A stretch of 53,976 nucleotides of DNA, counting the filler, from Basidioascus undulatus (taxonomy: Eukaryota): assembly GCA_000826855.1 (NCBI GenBank). It is 3 parts of 3 records of this genome, joined end to end, with 100 filler letters (N's around TTAATTAATTAA, not from the genome) between each part and the next. Parts side by side here need not be neighbours in the genome. Positions count along the whole stretch, not along the records: positions 1 to 17,934 come from JTLS01000499.1; 2 more parts are not named here. One strand, 5' to 3'. Position 1 is the stretch's first letter. Each line of letters begins with the position of its first letter. This document shows positions 1 through 12,939 of this stretch, piece by piece. The notes under the pieces were generated by a model, which worked only from the letters and a program-made list of their open reading frames with translations, was not told the origin of the DNA and searched no databases. Position numbers and translations under genes: made by a program.

Positions 1-445
1 ATCCGCCAACTGTTGAATCGTGCTGTTTCTGAGGGTGGGAAGAAAATCAGCCCGGCTGGAACCAGTGAAGAAGCTCTTAAAGTGTATCATAACCCAGAAT
101 AAATCCTTTTGGTATTGATTGCGAGCAAAGAGAGAGTGGCGGTGCAAGCCGGTGCAGTAGGCCAGGGGGGGAGGACGTGCAAGCGGAGCTCCTGTTGCTT
201 CTTTCTCCGTATGTGTAATTTATGAAGATCATTTTCATCTAATTAATTTTCCTTGTTGCATACTTTATATACGTTGTGAAATGTTACAATGGTTGTTGAA
301 AGGCAGCGAGCGAAGCCATTCGCGCGAGCGAGGCCAACCGTAACCTTCGCCTTTTTGGAGAGCGAAGGGGAAGGCCTTCGAGTGAGCGGGCGAGGAGATC
401 CCTTCAGCTCGCTCGTCCTTTCGATTCCTTCAAGCAGCAGCAGAC

Positions 446-1341
446 ATGGTGATTAAACGCCTTCAATCGCCATCCTACACGCCCCACACGATCCCTGCGC
501 ACCACCAGTACCGCTTTTGGACCGGTTTCGACGACGAGGGCGCTGGATTCCGCGCTCGAAGCCGGATGAAGCGCGGGCGGGAAGGGGACTTCTCCAGGCG
601 ATGGGCTCGAGGGGTCCTTCGACGGCCTCGCTGGGGGTCTGGGCGGGCTCTCGGGTAGCTCCAGTGGCATTCTTGGGGCTCTCTGTCGTCGGTGTTGTCG
701 AACTCGCCGCGACAACCCACCACATTCTACCCACTCGCCCCTGCGCTCCCGCTGATACTCTTCGCCTTCTTCGCTCCTCCAGGCCTCCTCTGAGCTCGCC
801 TCCACCTACGCCGCGCTGATCCTTGCCGACGAGGGCATTGAGATCACCGTGCGTGTCCTCCCCTGAGCCGCCTTCCGCCGGGCACTGGGACTGACTGACA
901 CACGTTGGACGGACGGGCTCGGGAACACAGGCCGACAAGCTCACTACCCTCACCTCCGCTGCGAAGGTCGAGATCGAGCCCATCTGGGCCACCCTCCTCG
1001 CCAAGGCGCTCGAGGGCAAGGACGTCAAGGAGCTCCTCTCCAACGTCGGTGCCGGTGGTGCTGCCCCCGCTGCGTGCGTCTTCCTCGCCCTTGGGTCTAC
1101 AACAGCAGCATGGCTAACGGAGAGGCAACGGGGGACATGCAAAGTGGCGCTGCTCCCGCCGCTGCTGCTGGTGGTGCTGCCGCCGCGGAGGAGAAGGCCG
1201 AGGAGAAGAAGGCGGAGGAGAAGGAGGAGTCCGGTGCGTTACACATTCGTCCTGGGCTGGAGTATCGGAAGGAACGGGCAGGGCTGACGGGAAGGTGGGG
1301 ATTGCGCAGACGACGACATGGGCTTCGGTCTCTTCGACTAA
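446..1341 (+). CDS. RPP1: 60S acidic ribosomal protein P1 (5 exons: 446-448, 783-848, 931-1073, 1145-1233, 1310-1341)
   Basis: Spliced translation [63 protein letters not shown]...[16 protein letters not shown]. Contains the diagnostic P-protein C-terminus. All introns GT-AG. Confidence 0.97.
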
Positions 1342-2431
1342 GCGTCTCGCCCCGTCCTCTTCTTCCTTCCCCATGTCTCTTTCTGCCCTTCGGGTTCTGT
1401 ACACGCGCATGCAACACTACGCCAGAACACGACCTCGGGTCTGGGTCGCAGGATGGCCAAATTTTCTCAGCCTGTCGTCTCCGCTTCATCTCCACCATCA
1501 CTAATCCTCGATCGCTTGCTAAATTTGCCTTGCCGCACTCGCTGATCACCATTGATGACTTGCTCGAAATTTCGATCTCACGTCATCGCGGCCTTGACTC
1601 ATTAAAACCTCGCCGAGGAGTTTTCGCCGCGCTCGATGATTATGACGGCCCCAAGACTCCCCAGCCATTATTCGGCTTTTTGCCGCGGATGCTGGTGATT
1701 GGGATGCCATCCGGAAAGAGGGACCTTCTCGGAGCCGGGCAGGTTTCCTCGGATGCTTGGATGCCTTCAATGAGATGCGAGCGGTCGGTCGGCGGAAGAC
1801 GAGGGCGAAGCTGGAAGAGGGACCCCTGTGCATGTCGTCCTGTCCAGGCTCCCTCAATCACGTTACCACCTGCAGCTCCTCACGCCCATTGCACACCTTC
1901 CTAAATTGGAAATTACTGCGTTGAAACACTGTCCGTTCACCAGCAGTCGAAAGACATGGGCTGTGTGTCGCTCGCCTAACAGGTTTGCGAACATCCTTCG
2001 CATATCCGAAATGTTGTGGTCGTGGATGAATTGTCGCGGTCGTGTCGTGTTGTAACATCCGCTTGTGAGCACTTGTGCAGGATGGGAAATCAGCCTTGTC
2101 GAATGTCACACTCAAAGTGATGAGGTAAAGGTTGGCTCAGGCGAGAGTGTCGCGGCGTAGCTGAGCGCGGAGGATTGACAGTCGCACAGAGCCAGTCCTC
2201 GAGAGTGGTACAAACAAGGAACATTAGTTGTTTGACTGCAAAAAGGACTTGAGAATACTTTAGAACTGGTTCGTGAGTCGTGGCATTGGGTGGCAGTGTC
2301 CGAAGACAGGATAGTTGTTTGGCGTGCCAGTTGAGGACGTTCTGCACAAGCAACGCTCGTGTAGCCGTCGCGACACCTTTCCCCTGCGCGCTTTTCTCCC
2401 CTTCCTCCCGTTTTCCATCAATCCGCCTGCA

Positions 2432-3931
2432 ATGACCATAGCATCTTCATCGACACCGACGACAGCGCCCGCGCACCTGCTGATGGACCTGCACACGCAG
2501 TACATCGTCTCGCTCGACCAGCAGGAGTCCTCGCTCGCGTACCACCTCACCGAGCACCTCCGCCTGAACGGCGTCTACTGGGGGCTCGTCGCGCTCTGCA
2601 TCATGGGGAACAAGGATGCACTGGACAAGGAGGCGATGGTTGACTATGTTGTGCGGTGCTGGGATAAGGAGACCGGTTAGTTCGCTGCCGCACCCGTCCC
2701 GGTAGAGGGAGAGGAATGCTCATCTCTTGACTCGAAGGCGGCTTCGGCTCGCACCCGGGGCACGATGCGCACCTCCTCTCGACGCTCTCGGCCGTGCAGA
2801 TCCTTGCGATCCACTCCTCGCTCGACCGTCTCCCGCGCGCGCGCATCATCGCGTACATCCTCGGCCTGCGCCCGAAGGGGAAGGGGTACTTCACGGGCGA
2901 CGCGTGGGGCGAGGTCGACACGCGGTTCACGTACTGCGCTGTGTCGGCCTTGTCGCTGCTGGGTGCGCTGGGGGAGCTGGATAAGGTTGAGGAGGTTGAG
3001 GGCGATGAGGGGGAGGCGGTGACGGTGAGGGAGAAGGTCGTTAGGTGGTATGAGGCGTGTAGGAACTTTGATGGGGGCTTTGGGAGCCAGGAGGGCGCGG
3101 AGAGCCACGCGGGGCAAGGTGCGTATTCTGTTACGGCGTTCGCTAAAGGCATAAGAGAGCATAAGCTGGCTGGGGTGCGGAGCAGTCTTCGCCAGCGTCG
3201 CCGCTCTCGCGATCCTCGACCGGCTCGACATAGTCGACGCCGACCAGCTCGGCTGGTGGCTGTCCGAGCGACAGCTTAAGAACGGCGGGCTTAACGGGCG
3301 TCCAGAGAAGCTTGAAGACGTGCGTTTCTCCTCTTCTTCCTTCGTTCTGCATCGCCAGCTGGCTGATGCACGCGACATGCGCGGCGATGACAGGTCTGCT
3401 ACTCGTGGTGGGTCTTGTCGGCGATAAGCATCCTCAAGAAGTTGCATTGGATCAATGCGGAGAAGCTGATTGGGTTTATCCTGTCCGCTCAAGTGCGTCT
3501 TGTTCCCCTTGCCGCACTCTTTTTGTCGTTCTCGTATTCTCGATACCACCCATAATAACTGCACCGCGCACTGGTGACCCACCGCAGGATCCCGACGCGG
3601 GCGGCATCGCTGACCGACCAGGGGACGTCGCGGACGTGTTCCACACGCTGTTCGGCATAGCCGGTCCGTCTGCCCTCCCCGTCCTTCCCTCCCTCTCCCT
3701 CCACTCACTTTCCGCGTCCGGCTGGGCTGATGTTCTACGCTCTACCCTCGCCCTCCCCACATTTCTTCTCATATCGCAGCCCTGAGTCTCCTCGGCTACG
3801 AAAATCTCCGCCCCGTCGACCCGGTGTACTGCATGCCGGCGGAGGTGATTGAAGGGCTGGGGCTGAAGAAGGACTGTCAGACTTTGACGAGGAAGGTGGA
3901 TGGAGATGGGAAGGGGCAGGCGGAGCAATGA
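2432..3931 (+). CDS. BET2: Rab geranylgeranyltransferase (GGTase-II) beta subunit, multi-exon
   Basis: Motifs [112 protein letters not shown] and VDPVYCMP. Stop TGA 3929-3931. Confidence 0.95.
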
Positions 3932-4256
3932 TGCATGCGAGGTGACGATCTACTTCTTGGGCAGGTTGGCTCCCGTGGCGGCGGGCGCTCCGACATGCTC
4001 GCTTACGCTGACACTTAGGTATGGGGGACTGTTCAAGACAGCTTTCGATCAAATCCATTTTCAGATACTATTCGCGACGAGAGCAACAATTGACGATTCT
4101 CTTCTTCCAGCGCCAGCTGACCTTCGCAATGTTCTCCCTCGCAGCTCGCATCGCAGCTCATTATCATTGGAACCGAACGGGATTTTCTATCGCTTCCGAC
4201 CTGCTTCGAATGCACACGTAAAACTATACGAAAACCCGTCTTCGCGCTAATCCACA

Positions 4257-7240
4257 TCAACCCCTCAATGCTCTCCGGCGCATCTCCGACTTCGGATGCG
4301 CACTCGCGTACGCGCACTGATCCGTCCAGTCTTGAGGGTAGGTCCATTCGCGCATCAGCGGCGCCCGCGACTCAATCTGCATCAGCAGCCCCTTCATCAT
4401 GTGCCACTGGACGTGGCAGTCTGACGACCGGTCGAGGCAAATGGTGGAAAGTCAGTGGAGTCGAAATGGCGTAAGTGGAGTGGCAGATGGACGAAAGGAG
4501 GGCGGAGGGGGTAGGCGAGAAAAGACGTACGGAAACTGGAGGTTGATCAAGGCATGAGGTGCAACCTGGTGTCAGATATCGATCGCAGACTGGACAGGAA
4601 AGGAGACGCACGCCCAGATACCGCGATTGTCGGTCACGATTCTGCATCGACACCACGGGCGTATCAGCGCAACTCTTCATGCATGCGTGACCAAGAACGG
4701 ATGTGAACGGACCGGAGGACAGCATGGGAGAAGGCAGGGATAATCAGAGTATCCCGGCGCATTGGATTCGTCGCATTCAGAGGTGACTTCCCCTCCACGT
4801 AGCGACCGGGGCCTTGTCCGACAATCTGGACAGTGTGCCTGCCCAGTAATAACGGTGAGTCTGGAAAATGGGGAAAAAGCAAAGAGAATGCGGAGACCTT
4901 ACCCGTGTACATGGAAGCTGCGTTCAAGAGCGTCGGTTGGTAATCAGTTTTCACCTCTGGAGGTACAATGTTAGAAGGGTTAAGATGAACGAACGGATGG
5001 TCACCATCATCGAGGTCTGATGCACGAGCGTAAGAAATCCTGCGACTGAATGATGGAAAACAACGACGCACTGTCAACTGCCAGGTCGACCACTTCGATG
5101 TCGTCATATTGCAGGATTAGTTGGCTTCTGTTGAAAAAATAAAAAGTCAATGAGTGGTTGCTTCTAGCAATATGACATATCTTACTCAGCTGCCAGCGTC
5201 GACGCGTTGCCCGACCCGTCCTTGTACTGCATTAGCGTGTTGCTGCCCTCGAGCCCCACCCAACTGAGGTAGTCGCTCCGCTGGTCCTTGGGAGAGGTGA
5301 CCCCCGAAGAATCCGAGGAAAGTATTGTCCGCTGTATTCTGGAACTCAAAGTTCATCGTCACCCTGCGCGTCGCGTCGGGTGCATCGCGCGCGGGGAGGG
5401 GCGAAAGAAGGTCGGTCGCGGCTAGGGCGGGGAGGCCGGTGAGGTTAGAAGAGGTGGTTGGGTGAGCTGTAGACGGGAGGGTGGAGGAGTAGCGTAGTAT
5501 CGCTAGCCCTTGCGCGGAAATGGCGTCCAGTTCGGCCGAGTCGTAGGCGAGCATGGACCTGAGGGAATGCGTTAGAAGCGACGGATAGCGAGGGAAACCG
5601 GTTAACGCAACTGATCTAGATTGGACCGAACCCAGTACGCCCCAGCCGTTCGGTTGGCTTCGATGATCACTGACGCGCGCTGAGCGACCGCGAGCGAGAT
5701 AGAGTACACCGTATAAGGCTCGACGTTCGTCCCATCGAGTTCCACGACAGTCAAGGGCTGCACGGATACGGAGGCGTCAGCTTGTCCCGAGAAGACCAGA
5801 GCCGAGAATGACGCTTTCGCACATGGTTATCGATGCTGAACTGCATTGATGTGAAACTGCCCATGTTGTCAATGCGCAGACGAACGCGCGAGCCATCTTC
5901 GGCCGCAATCGTGGCGTAGTCGCCGCCGCCGTTCCTAGACTGGCCGACGCCGTTGATGAGGACCCCATCGGGCGTGGCTGAAGAGGAAGGTGAAGATTAA
6001 ATGAATTGATGACAGTGCGATATGATGGACATAGCACTTTGACGTACGTTCTGTGGAAGAAGAGATTGATCAGCGGGGCGTAAGGTGAAGGCTTGATAGT
6101 GACACACCGTTCGCTACCATGGTGTCTCCCTTCATTTCGAGAGACATCTCAGCCTCAGTTTCCCTTGTCTGACAAAGAAGTATTCGCACCTTCATCCCTG
6201 CCAGGTAGCCCTGACTCGACGCGTTCGGTGCGAGATAGAGCACCAACAGGTCGGTCGAGAAAGTGTGGTCTGAATGAATCCGTTGGTGAGTTGATCCACC
6301 TTCCCGGTGGACTTGACAGAGAGTTAATTCAAGACGCACACCAATCCCTTAGCATGACGACCTGCTCGGAGTCATACGACGGTGTGTAGTTCGCCTCCTT
6401 CGGGGAATGTATCACGATCGGACCGACGATGCCGTCGGTGTATTGTGCTGTTCCCCCACCGATTAGAGGACTAAATTTTGCTGGGAAGGGGGTCAATAAC
6501 CAACTGGAGAAGTGAGAATGCCACCAGGTCGTTCCCCATTGGCCGTCGATGGTGAAGTTGTAAGTGAACGTCTGACCGGCGGGGATGGGACACTGCGTAA
6601 TGGAAGTCGTGCCATCATAAAAGTTGGTCTGGTTTAAAGGGTAAAGCCAGATTGGATAAAAAGTTCAATATTACGTGGACACGCACCCCATTCTGATACA
6701 GCCCGTGCCAGTGGATAGCCGTGCCGTTTTCGAGGCCATTCGTGACACTGCGGGCAGCGGCCCGCGTGTATCAGTAGCAGGTCTCGACATGCAAGCGAAG
6801 TCAGCACTCACTGAACAACGACGCGGTCTCCTTCGTTCACTTCAATCAGTGGCCCGGGGAATTGCCGGTTCACGACCAGCATGTTCTGTCGCGGCCGACA
6901 GGGCGTGAGCGCCTACCCCCCTCGTTTTCCTGCACAGCCATCCTCACCCGCTCTACGCCATCTGGGCTGCCACGGATCTCCTCAACGGTCCAGTTGAACG
7001 TGCGGGTGGTGGGTCCAGCGTTGACATCCCAGTTGGGATCTAGGGCGAAGCTGGCGTTGGTGAGATTTTGCGACGAGACGAAAGGTAACCTGGCGCAGGT
7101 TAAGAACCATCCCGCGAGTTTGAGTGGTGCTTCAGACCAAGTCCCAGCCCTAGGCCCAACGCTAATGCGACTATGGCGAGGGTTGATAGAGCGAAAAAGA
7201 GCAGTCGCCTGGTGCGTCGCGAGGACTGGGCGGCCGCCAT
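4257..7240 (-). CDS. Multicopper oxidase (laccase/ferroxidase family) with N-terminal membrane anchor, many exons
   Basis: All four copper-binding motifs after splicing: IHWHG, WWHSH, HPFHVHGH and [14 protein letters not shown]. Also [21 protein letters not shown] and NPMRRDT. N-terminus [36 protein letters not shown]. Confidence 0.93.
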
Positions 7241-8032
7241 GATCAGCAGTTTGACGTCGATGGAGTGAAGGTTGTCAGTTGAGCAAGCAGCGTCGCGTAG
7301 ACTCGCAAATTCTGTACAGATACACCTCCAAAGTCGAGCTTGCTCATGTGGGTATCTTGCACAATCGAGGATTGGACGACTCGTGAAGTCGCATGAGCAG
7401 GACCGCCCCGCCAGGAATAATCTCCTCAAGGCGTTCCTGATAGATGAGTTTCGTAGTCGTGCTCTGAAGTCGAGGCTCCTACAGGCTCCTTTGCGCCGTC
7501 GGAGCGATTTGCCACAAGTTTCATTCTGTTAAATTCCGCGGCAAGTTGACCGGTCTGCGAGTGAGATCGCAAAGTGGTGAACGTGGACGAGGAGAGGAGC
7601 GCGCTTGAGGGCAGCTTCTGTTTTTAGCAGCAGTTCGGTGCGCGACTGCTTAATTTAGCACTGGCGCCCCAGCTTTCACCCCTGACAGCAGATCCTTCTC
7701 CCACGTTTGACAGATATCACCTGTATGGTGATTGTAACAAGCCTGAGCGCTACGGCCAAGCAGCACGCTCGAGCATTTGCACGTTCTTTGCAACTCGGGA
7801 GACCCACACTGAAGGAAGAGTCGGTCGCGTGGGCATGACATACCTTTGCCGCACTCTGCGGTGAATCTCCGTTAGCGTGCCGGCGAATGATCGTGCTCCT
7901 CAAGCTCAGTGCTTGTGCCTGAAGATGAGACTGCAAAGCTGGATATAAGGGAGCAGCAGTCCATTTTCACGCTTCGTCTTCTTCCCTCGTCCTTTTCCTC
8001 TCCCCGCACGGCCCGACACGAGTATCTAGACG

Positions 8033-10217
8033 ATGATCGGCTCCGTCGTCCTGTCTTTGGCTGCTTCGGCCTCGGCTGCGAAGCTGGCGGCGACCTTTGT
8101 CCCACCTGCGCCTGCGCCCACCTCGACCGCTTCGACTGTATACGAGGGCAAGTCCAACAATACCCTCACCAACTCTCCGGTAGTTAAGGGCAAGGTGTTC
8201 GACCGCTTCATCCAGTGCGTCTTCTCAGTCGCGTGGCTGCATGCGGGGGGATGTGGAAGGCTCACCAACGTCTTCCCGTCCCCCCCCCCTCTCTCTCTCC
8301 GGGTCATCTTGACTTCTTTCTTAATTTCACTCTAGGATTTGGCTCGAAAACACCGACTTCGATGCAGCAGCCACCACTGCGGCCTTCCAGGAGCTCGCTG
8401 AGCAGGGTCTTCTATTGGACAACTTCTACGCTCTGACTCAGTACGAAGACATCCCCTTCCTTCCGTATCGTCAGCGTGCTAACGATGGCTCAACGTCTCT
8501 AGCCCTTCTGAGCCCAATTACATTGCGAGTATGAGCGGAGACTTCTATGGGTTGGGTGACGATGATTTCGTGAGTATTGCCGGCGAGGATTGTGAAATAT
8601 TCTAACCGGAGTGGTGCATTTACAGTACGCTATTCCCTCCAACATCTCCACCCTCGTCGATCTCCTCGAGGCGAAAAACGTTTCTTGGGCCTCCTGTGAG
8701 TAGAAACTGACTGTATGCCGCAGCTGAGACTGACCAGTTCGGGAGGACCTGTAGACCAGGAGAATGCTCCTTACGACGGATACACCGGCAATGTCTAGTA
8801 AGTGAACTCAATTTCTACTCAATTGCTGACCCGACTAATGTGGTCACTTTCAGCGAGGAGGAGAACTACCTTCAGAAGTCGGACAAGACATATGAGTACT
8901 ACAAGCGCAAGCACAACCCCCCCATCATTCACGTACGCTTGCGGTTTTGCACTTTCTCTGTATTGTCTCATAGCTGACGGAGGAATTTGCCATTTCTCTG
9001 TGCTTTTGCATCACCGGGGATGTTTCGATCGGTTCAGAACGCTGTTGCGAATCAGACGGATCGCGCTCTCCGCGTCCGCAACTACAACGACTTCGCGAAT
9101 GACGTCAACGCCAACGCGCTGAGCCAGTGGATCTTTTTCACCCCCAACATGGTCAATGATGGACACGATACTCAGATCCAGTTTGTTGACGAGTGAGTGG
9201 AAGGCTTGTTGCCAGAGTCAAGCATGGCAAGACTGATCAGATTCGACAGCTACCTCCGCTTCTGGCTGTACCCTCTCCTCAACAACACCAACTTCAACAC
9301 CGACCGTACCATCATCCTCTTGACCTTCGACGAGAATGAAAACTACGGTATAAACAACCAGGTCTACACTCTCGTCCTCGGCAATGGTCTTCCCTCCCAG
9401 CTCAAGAACACGACGTACGTTTCTGCCCTCAGTGTGGCCAACCGCTCCGCTGCCACTGACTCATAGTTGATTTGACTCATCAGCGACTCGATCTACTATA
9501 CGCACTACTCTTCACTCTCCACCGTCGAGGCGAACTGGGGTCTTGGCTCGCTCGGCCGTGGCGACACCAACAAGGTGCGTGGCTCGAGACGCTTTGCATT
9601 TGCCTCTAGGCTCTACTGACTTTTCAGGGATTCCAAAGACCTTGGCGAACGTCTTCCAGTTCGTCGCTGACGTTACCGGCTACGAGAACGTGAACGTGTC
9701 GGAGGCGGAGAAGCCCTTCACCAACCGCACGGGCGACATTCCTGGCGCGCTGAACGCTGCCTACTACGGTAAGTCCTTCATGCCAATAGGATTTCTCGTG
9801 GCCTACATCTAAAACTCCTCTATTTTATAGTTCCATTCACCGCCCCCAACATCAGCGCTGTGGGCGCCGGCGGCGGCGAGGTCTTCATCCGTGACGGCCT
9901 CAACACCTCTTTCACGCTGGATGTCGCTCCCGCTCCGGTCAACCTGACTGCTCTCGGCCAGACTCCGCCCGCCAAGTGAGTCGCGTCCTCTCTTTGCTGT
10001 TCGCCCCTCGGCGTAGCACCTCGATATTGACGATGCTTTTTCCGCCTCTCGCAGCACCAACCCCAACATCTCGTACGCTACGGGCGAGAAGGTCATTGGG
10101 ACCGGTGCCGACTCTACCACCAGCGCCACTGACGGCAACGGTGCTGCGTCTCTACCCGTCGGCGGTGCGGCCGTCGTCGCTGTGCTTGCTGTCGCTGGAT
10201 GTGCTTTCCTACTTTGA
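8033..10217 (+). CDS. Secreted acid phosphatase (phosphoesterase family), probable GPI anchor, multi-exon
   Basis: Signal peptide MIGSVVLSLAASASA. Motifs VKGKVFDRFIQIWLENTDF, THPSEPNY, YKRKHNP, FFTPNMVNDGHDT, LLTFDENE and YTHYSSLSTVEANWGLGSLGRGD. S/T-rich tail ending GNGAASLPVGGAAVVAVLAVAGCAFLL*. Confidence 0.92.
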
Positions 10218-10849
10218 TCTTCTGAGGGGTCCTGCCTGGGCGATGAAGTTTGTTTCGCGGATACATTCATAGACCGCCCCGTTTTTTGTGAATTCTTTAG
10301 TGACATGTGTGCTATGTCCAAACCGAATGGACCGACCGTTTCAGTAGACTGCAGGAGTTCAGACCATTGACTGCTACCGCCGCCGCACGCTGCCGGCTCT
10401 TCGAGGCTTGACAGCCAAGGTATTTGTTATAATAGGGGTATGATTAATCGATGGCTGGACAAAAATACAAAAATAATAAGCAGTGTTGCAAGGCGCTCTG
10501 ATCCGATGAAAGACATGAAAAGATTGATGTGGCTGCTTGTTGAGCTGCAACCGAGCTTGGATGCGGCACGAGAATCTTTGAGGTTTCTCCTGGCGTTTGG
10601 AGAAATCAATATTTGTATACAAACATCGTCGATGGTCGGGTGATGACCACAAGTGAATTCCCTGCAGCGCGGTGTTAGTACCGGCAGCAGCAGTGTGTGC
10701 AACGGTTGCACCGCAAGGCGCGCTCCTTCACTGTCAAAATCCTTTAAGGCTACAGGGTTCAACGATGTCTGGCGTCATTTCCCTGTATTTTCATAATGAA
10801 ACAAAGCCGCACAGTTTAGAAGGGTATCCTGCATGTTCGAACGCGACGT

Positions 10850-12408
10850 CTAATCGTCCATCAGCTCCGCGAGCTCCCTCTCCTCCTCCTCCGTCATCCC
10901 CATCCCGTCCTTCTCCTCCTCCTCCTCTTCCACCGGCTCCGGCGGGGGCTTCAATATGTCTGTTCACATTCCCCCTTGGGTCAGCGCCCACCCACATCCG
11001 CGCTCCGTCTTCGTTCGCCCTGCCAACCACGCACCCTCGAACTTCCATCTCCGCACGGTCCCGTCCAGCCCAGCACTGACGATCCAGACGCCCTCGCCCT
11101 TCGCGCGGCGATCCCACACGCCGAGGCTGTTGACCTCGTTGAAGTGACCCTCCACGACGCGCACGCACGTCCACGCCCCCGGAGTGACGGCGTGCGGCGC
11201 CCAGACGCGGATGTTCTCGTCCGTCGAACCCGTGAGGACGTACGGCTTGTCAAGGCCCGCGACATGGTGCGAGAGCGGGAGGACGGTTTTGACGTAGTAG
11301 GGGTGCGGCAGAGCGAGGGCGGGCGAGGGGGAGGGCGTCAGGAGGTGGCGGAGTGCGGAGTTGTCGGAAGAGGCTGTGGTGTTTGAGGTTTGAATATCGG
11401 ACATTAAGTTCGGATTCTATATTTGGGAGGAGACGAAAGAAAGAAGACGCACAGCTCCAAAGCTCCTCAGGCGCAAGCGGCTCTTCGTCGTCATCGGGCA
11501 ACGGCCTCCCGATCTTCAAATCATACACCGCCGTCTTGTGGCCCTCCACCACACCCTCCTCCTTTACGCTCACTCGCTCCTCTCCCTCTACCCGCTGGAC
11601 AGTCCACACGCGGATCATGCCCATCGAGTCCGCGCTCCAGAGCCTGACCCTCCCGTCGCTCTCCACGCGCGCCTCGAGCGCCTCCACGGGGCGCGTATGC
11701 TCGCGCACCGTCTCGAGGCACCCCAGTGGCTGCACGAGGTCGCCGCGAAGGTCCCAGAACTTGAGCGTCTTGTCCGAGCTGCCCGAGACAAGGAGCCCGA
11801 GCGTCGGGAGCGGCAGAAGCGTCTTGATGAAGTCAGCGTGCGCGTCGGCGGTGGTGGCCGGCCGGATGGGCGCGAACGTGGGGGACGAGGTAATTCGGTG
11901 CACCCGGATCGTCTTGTCCCAGGAGGCGGTGATGAGGAGCGAGGAGGGGGAGATGGGCGCGGAGACGAAGGCAAGGGAGGTGCACGGCCCGCGGTGCGCT
12001 GGTATGGACTGGGTGACAGAGCCGGTCTGTAAACAGAGGAATTCAGTACGCTAGACCCTCACAATAGTGGCAAGCATCCACGGCCAACGCCACGCCTCGT
12101 CGCTGGGCGGATAAAGCTGTTCGGAAAGCTCGACTGCCAGTCGAGGTCCACCAGCCTTCCTCTGGGCCGCTGCTGCCCAGCGCAGAAGAAGGACCTGAAG
12201 CACTCACCTCCAATCCCACCCTTTTCACTGACCCCCCGCTAGTCGCACACCACACCTCCCCATTCCGTACGACCGCGCGCAGGACCTTCCCACCAAGATC
12301 GATGGGGTCGCCTGTCCGCTTGTGCCGGTTTGCCTTGTTCGTACGAGACGCCTCCTTCGAGAGCTGGTCGGCGCTGCGAAAGAGCTGGTCGTCGTTATCT
12401 GCCTGCAT
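10850..12408 (-). CDS. Conserved fungal WD40-repeat protein, multi-exon
   Basis: WD repeats AHRGPCTSL..ITASWDKTIRM, AHADFIKTL..VSGSSDKTLKFWD, GHKTAVYDL, LTGSTDENIRVW and GHFNEVNSL..VSAGLDGTVRRW. Acidic C-terminus MTEEEERELAELMDD*. Confidence 0.88.
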
Positions 12409-12939
12409 GTCTGGGCGATGCAGGGCGGCTGGGGAATAGAACAAGGCAAAAAGGCGAAGAGAGAAGATGGTGGAGGGTCAAGGCGCCAGGGGACGATCGA
12501 CGCGTGCGTTTTGTGGCCGGATGCAAAACGCGGTTCCTCGCGAACTGCTCATTTCGCTCTCGCAGCTCGCCTTTTTACCATCATCTCCCTTTCTTGAAGC
12601 ACCTTGGATTACAGCAAAAAAAGGTAAAGCTTTTCTTTCACAGTTGAGGCACTGGGCATTCGAACTGATGTAGAGTATCTCGGGCTCTTTGCTGCAGTCT
12701 TGACACAGTCTTTCAGCGCCAGGCAATGCCTGAGCGACACCGCGCACCATCCTCTCCTCCACCCAAATCGCACAACAAGTCTCGCCACCATTCGTCGCGG
12801 AGGAGCCGACAAAGTGCGGGAAGGGACTGGGGGCCTCGCGACCTGGACGTGAGTGCCTTGCGTGGGCAAGCTTTCGCAGGCAATGGGCAGTTGCTGCCAC
12901 TCTGCGCCTGTGCATACAGGCAGCGCTGCGGGCGGTGGT

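Noticed and set aside
300..430. GCGAGCGA repeats and a CCTTCGC/GCGAAGG hairpin upstream of RPP1
   Set aside because: Short GC-rich matches; cannot be separated from chance without orthologous promoters.
1074..1904. 276-aa ORF overlapping the RPP1 3' end
   Set aside because: Read-through of RPP1 intron, exon and UTR sequence into intergenic DNA; not a separate gene.
10640..10760. GTGATGA box-C-like motif
   Set aside because: No box D at a suitable distance and no recognisable rRNA guide.
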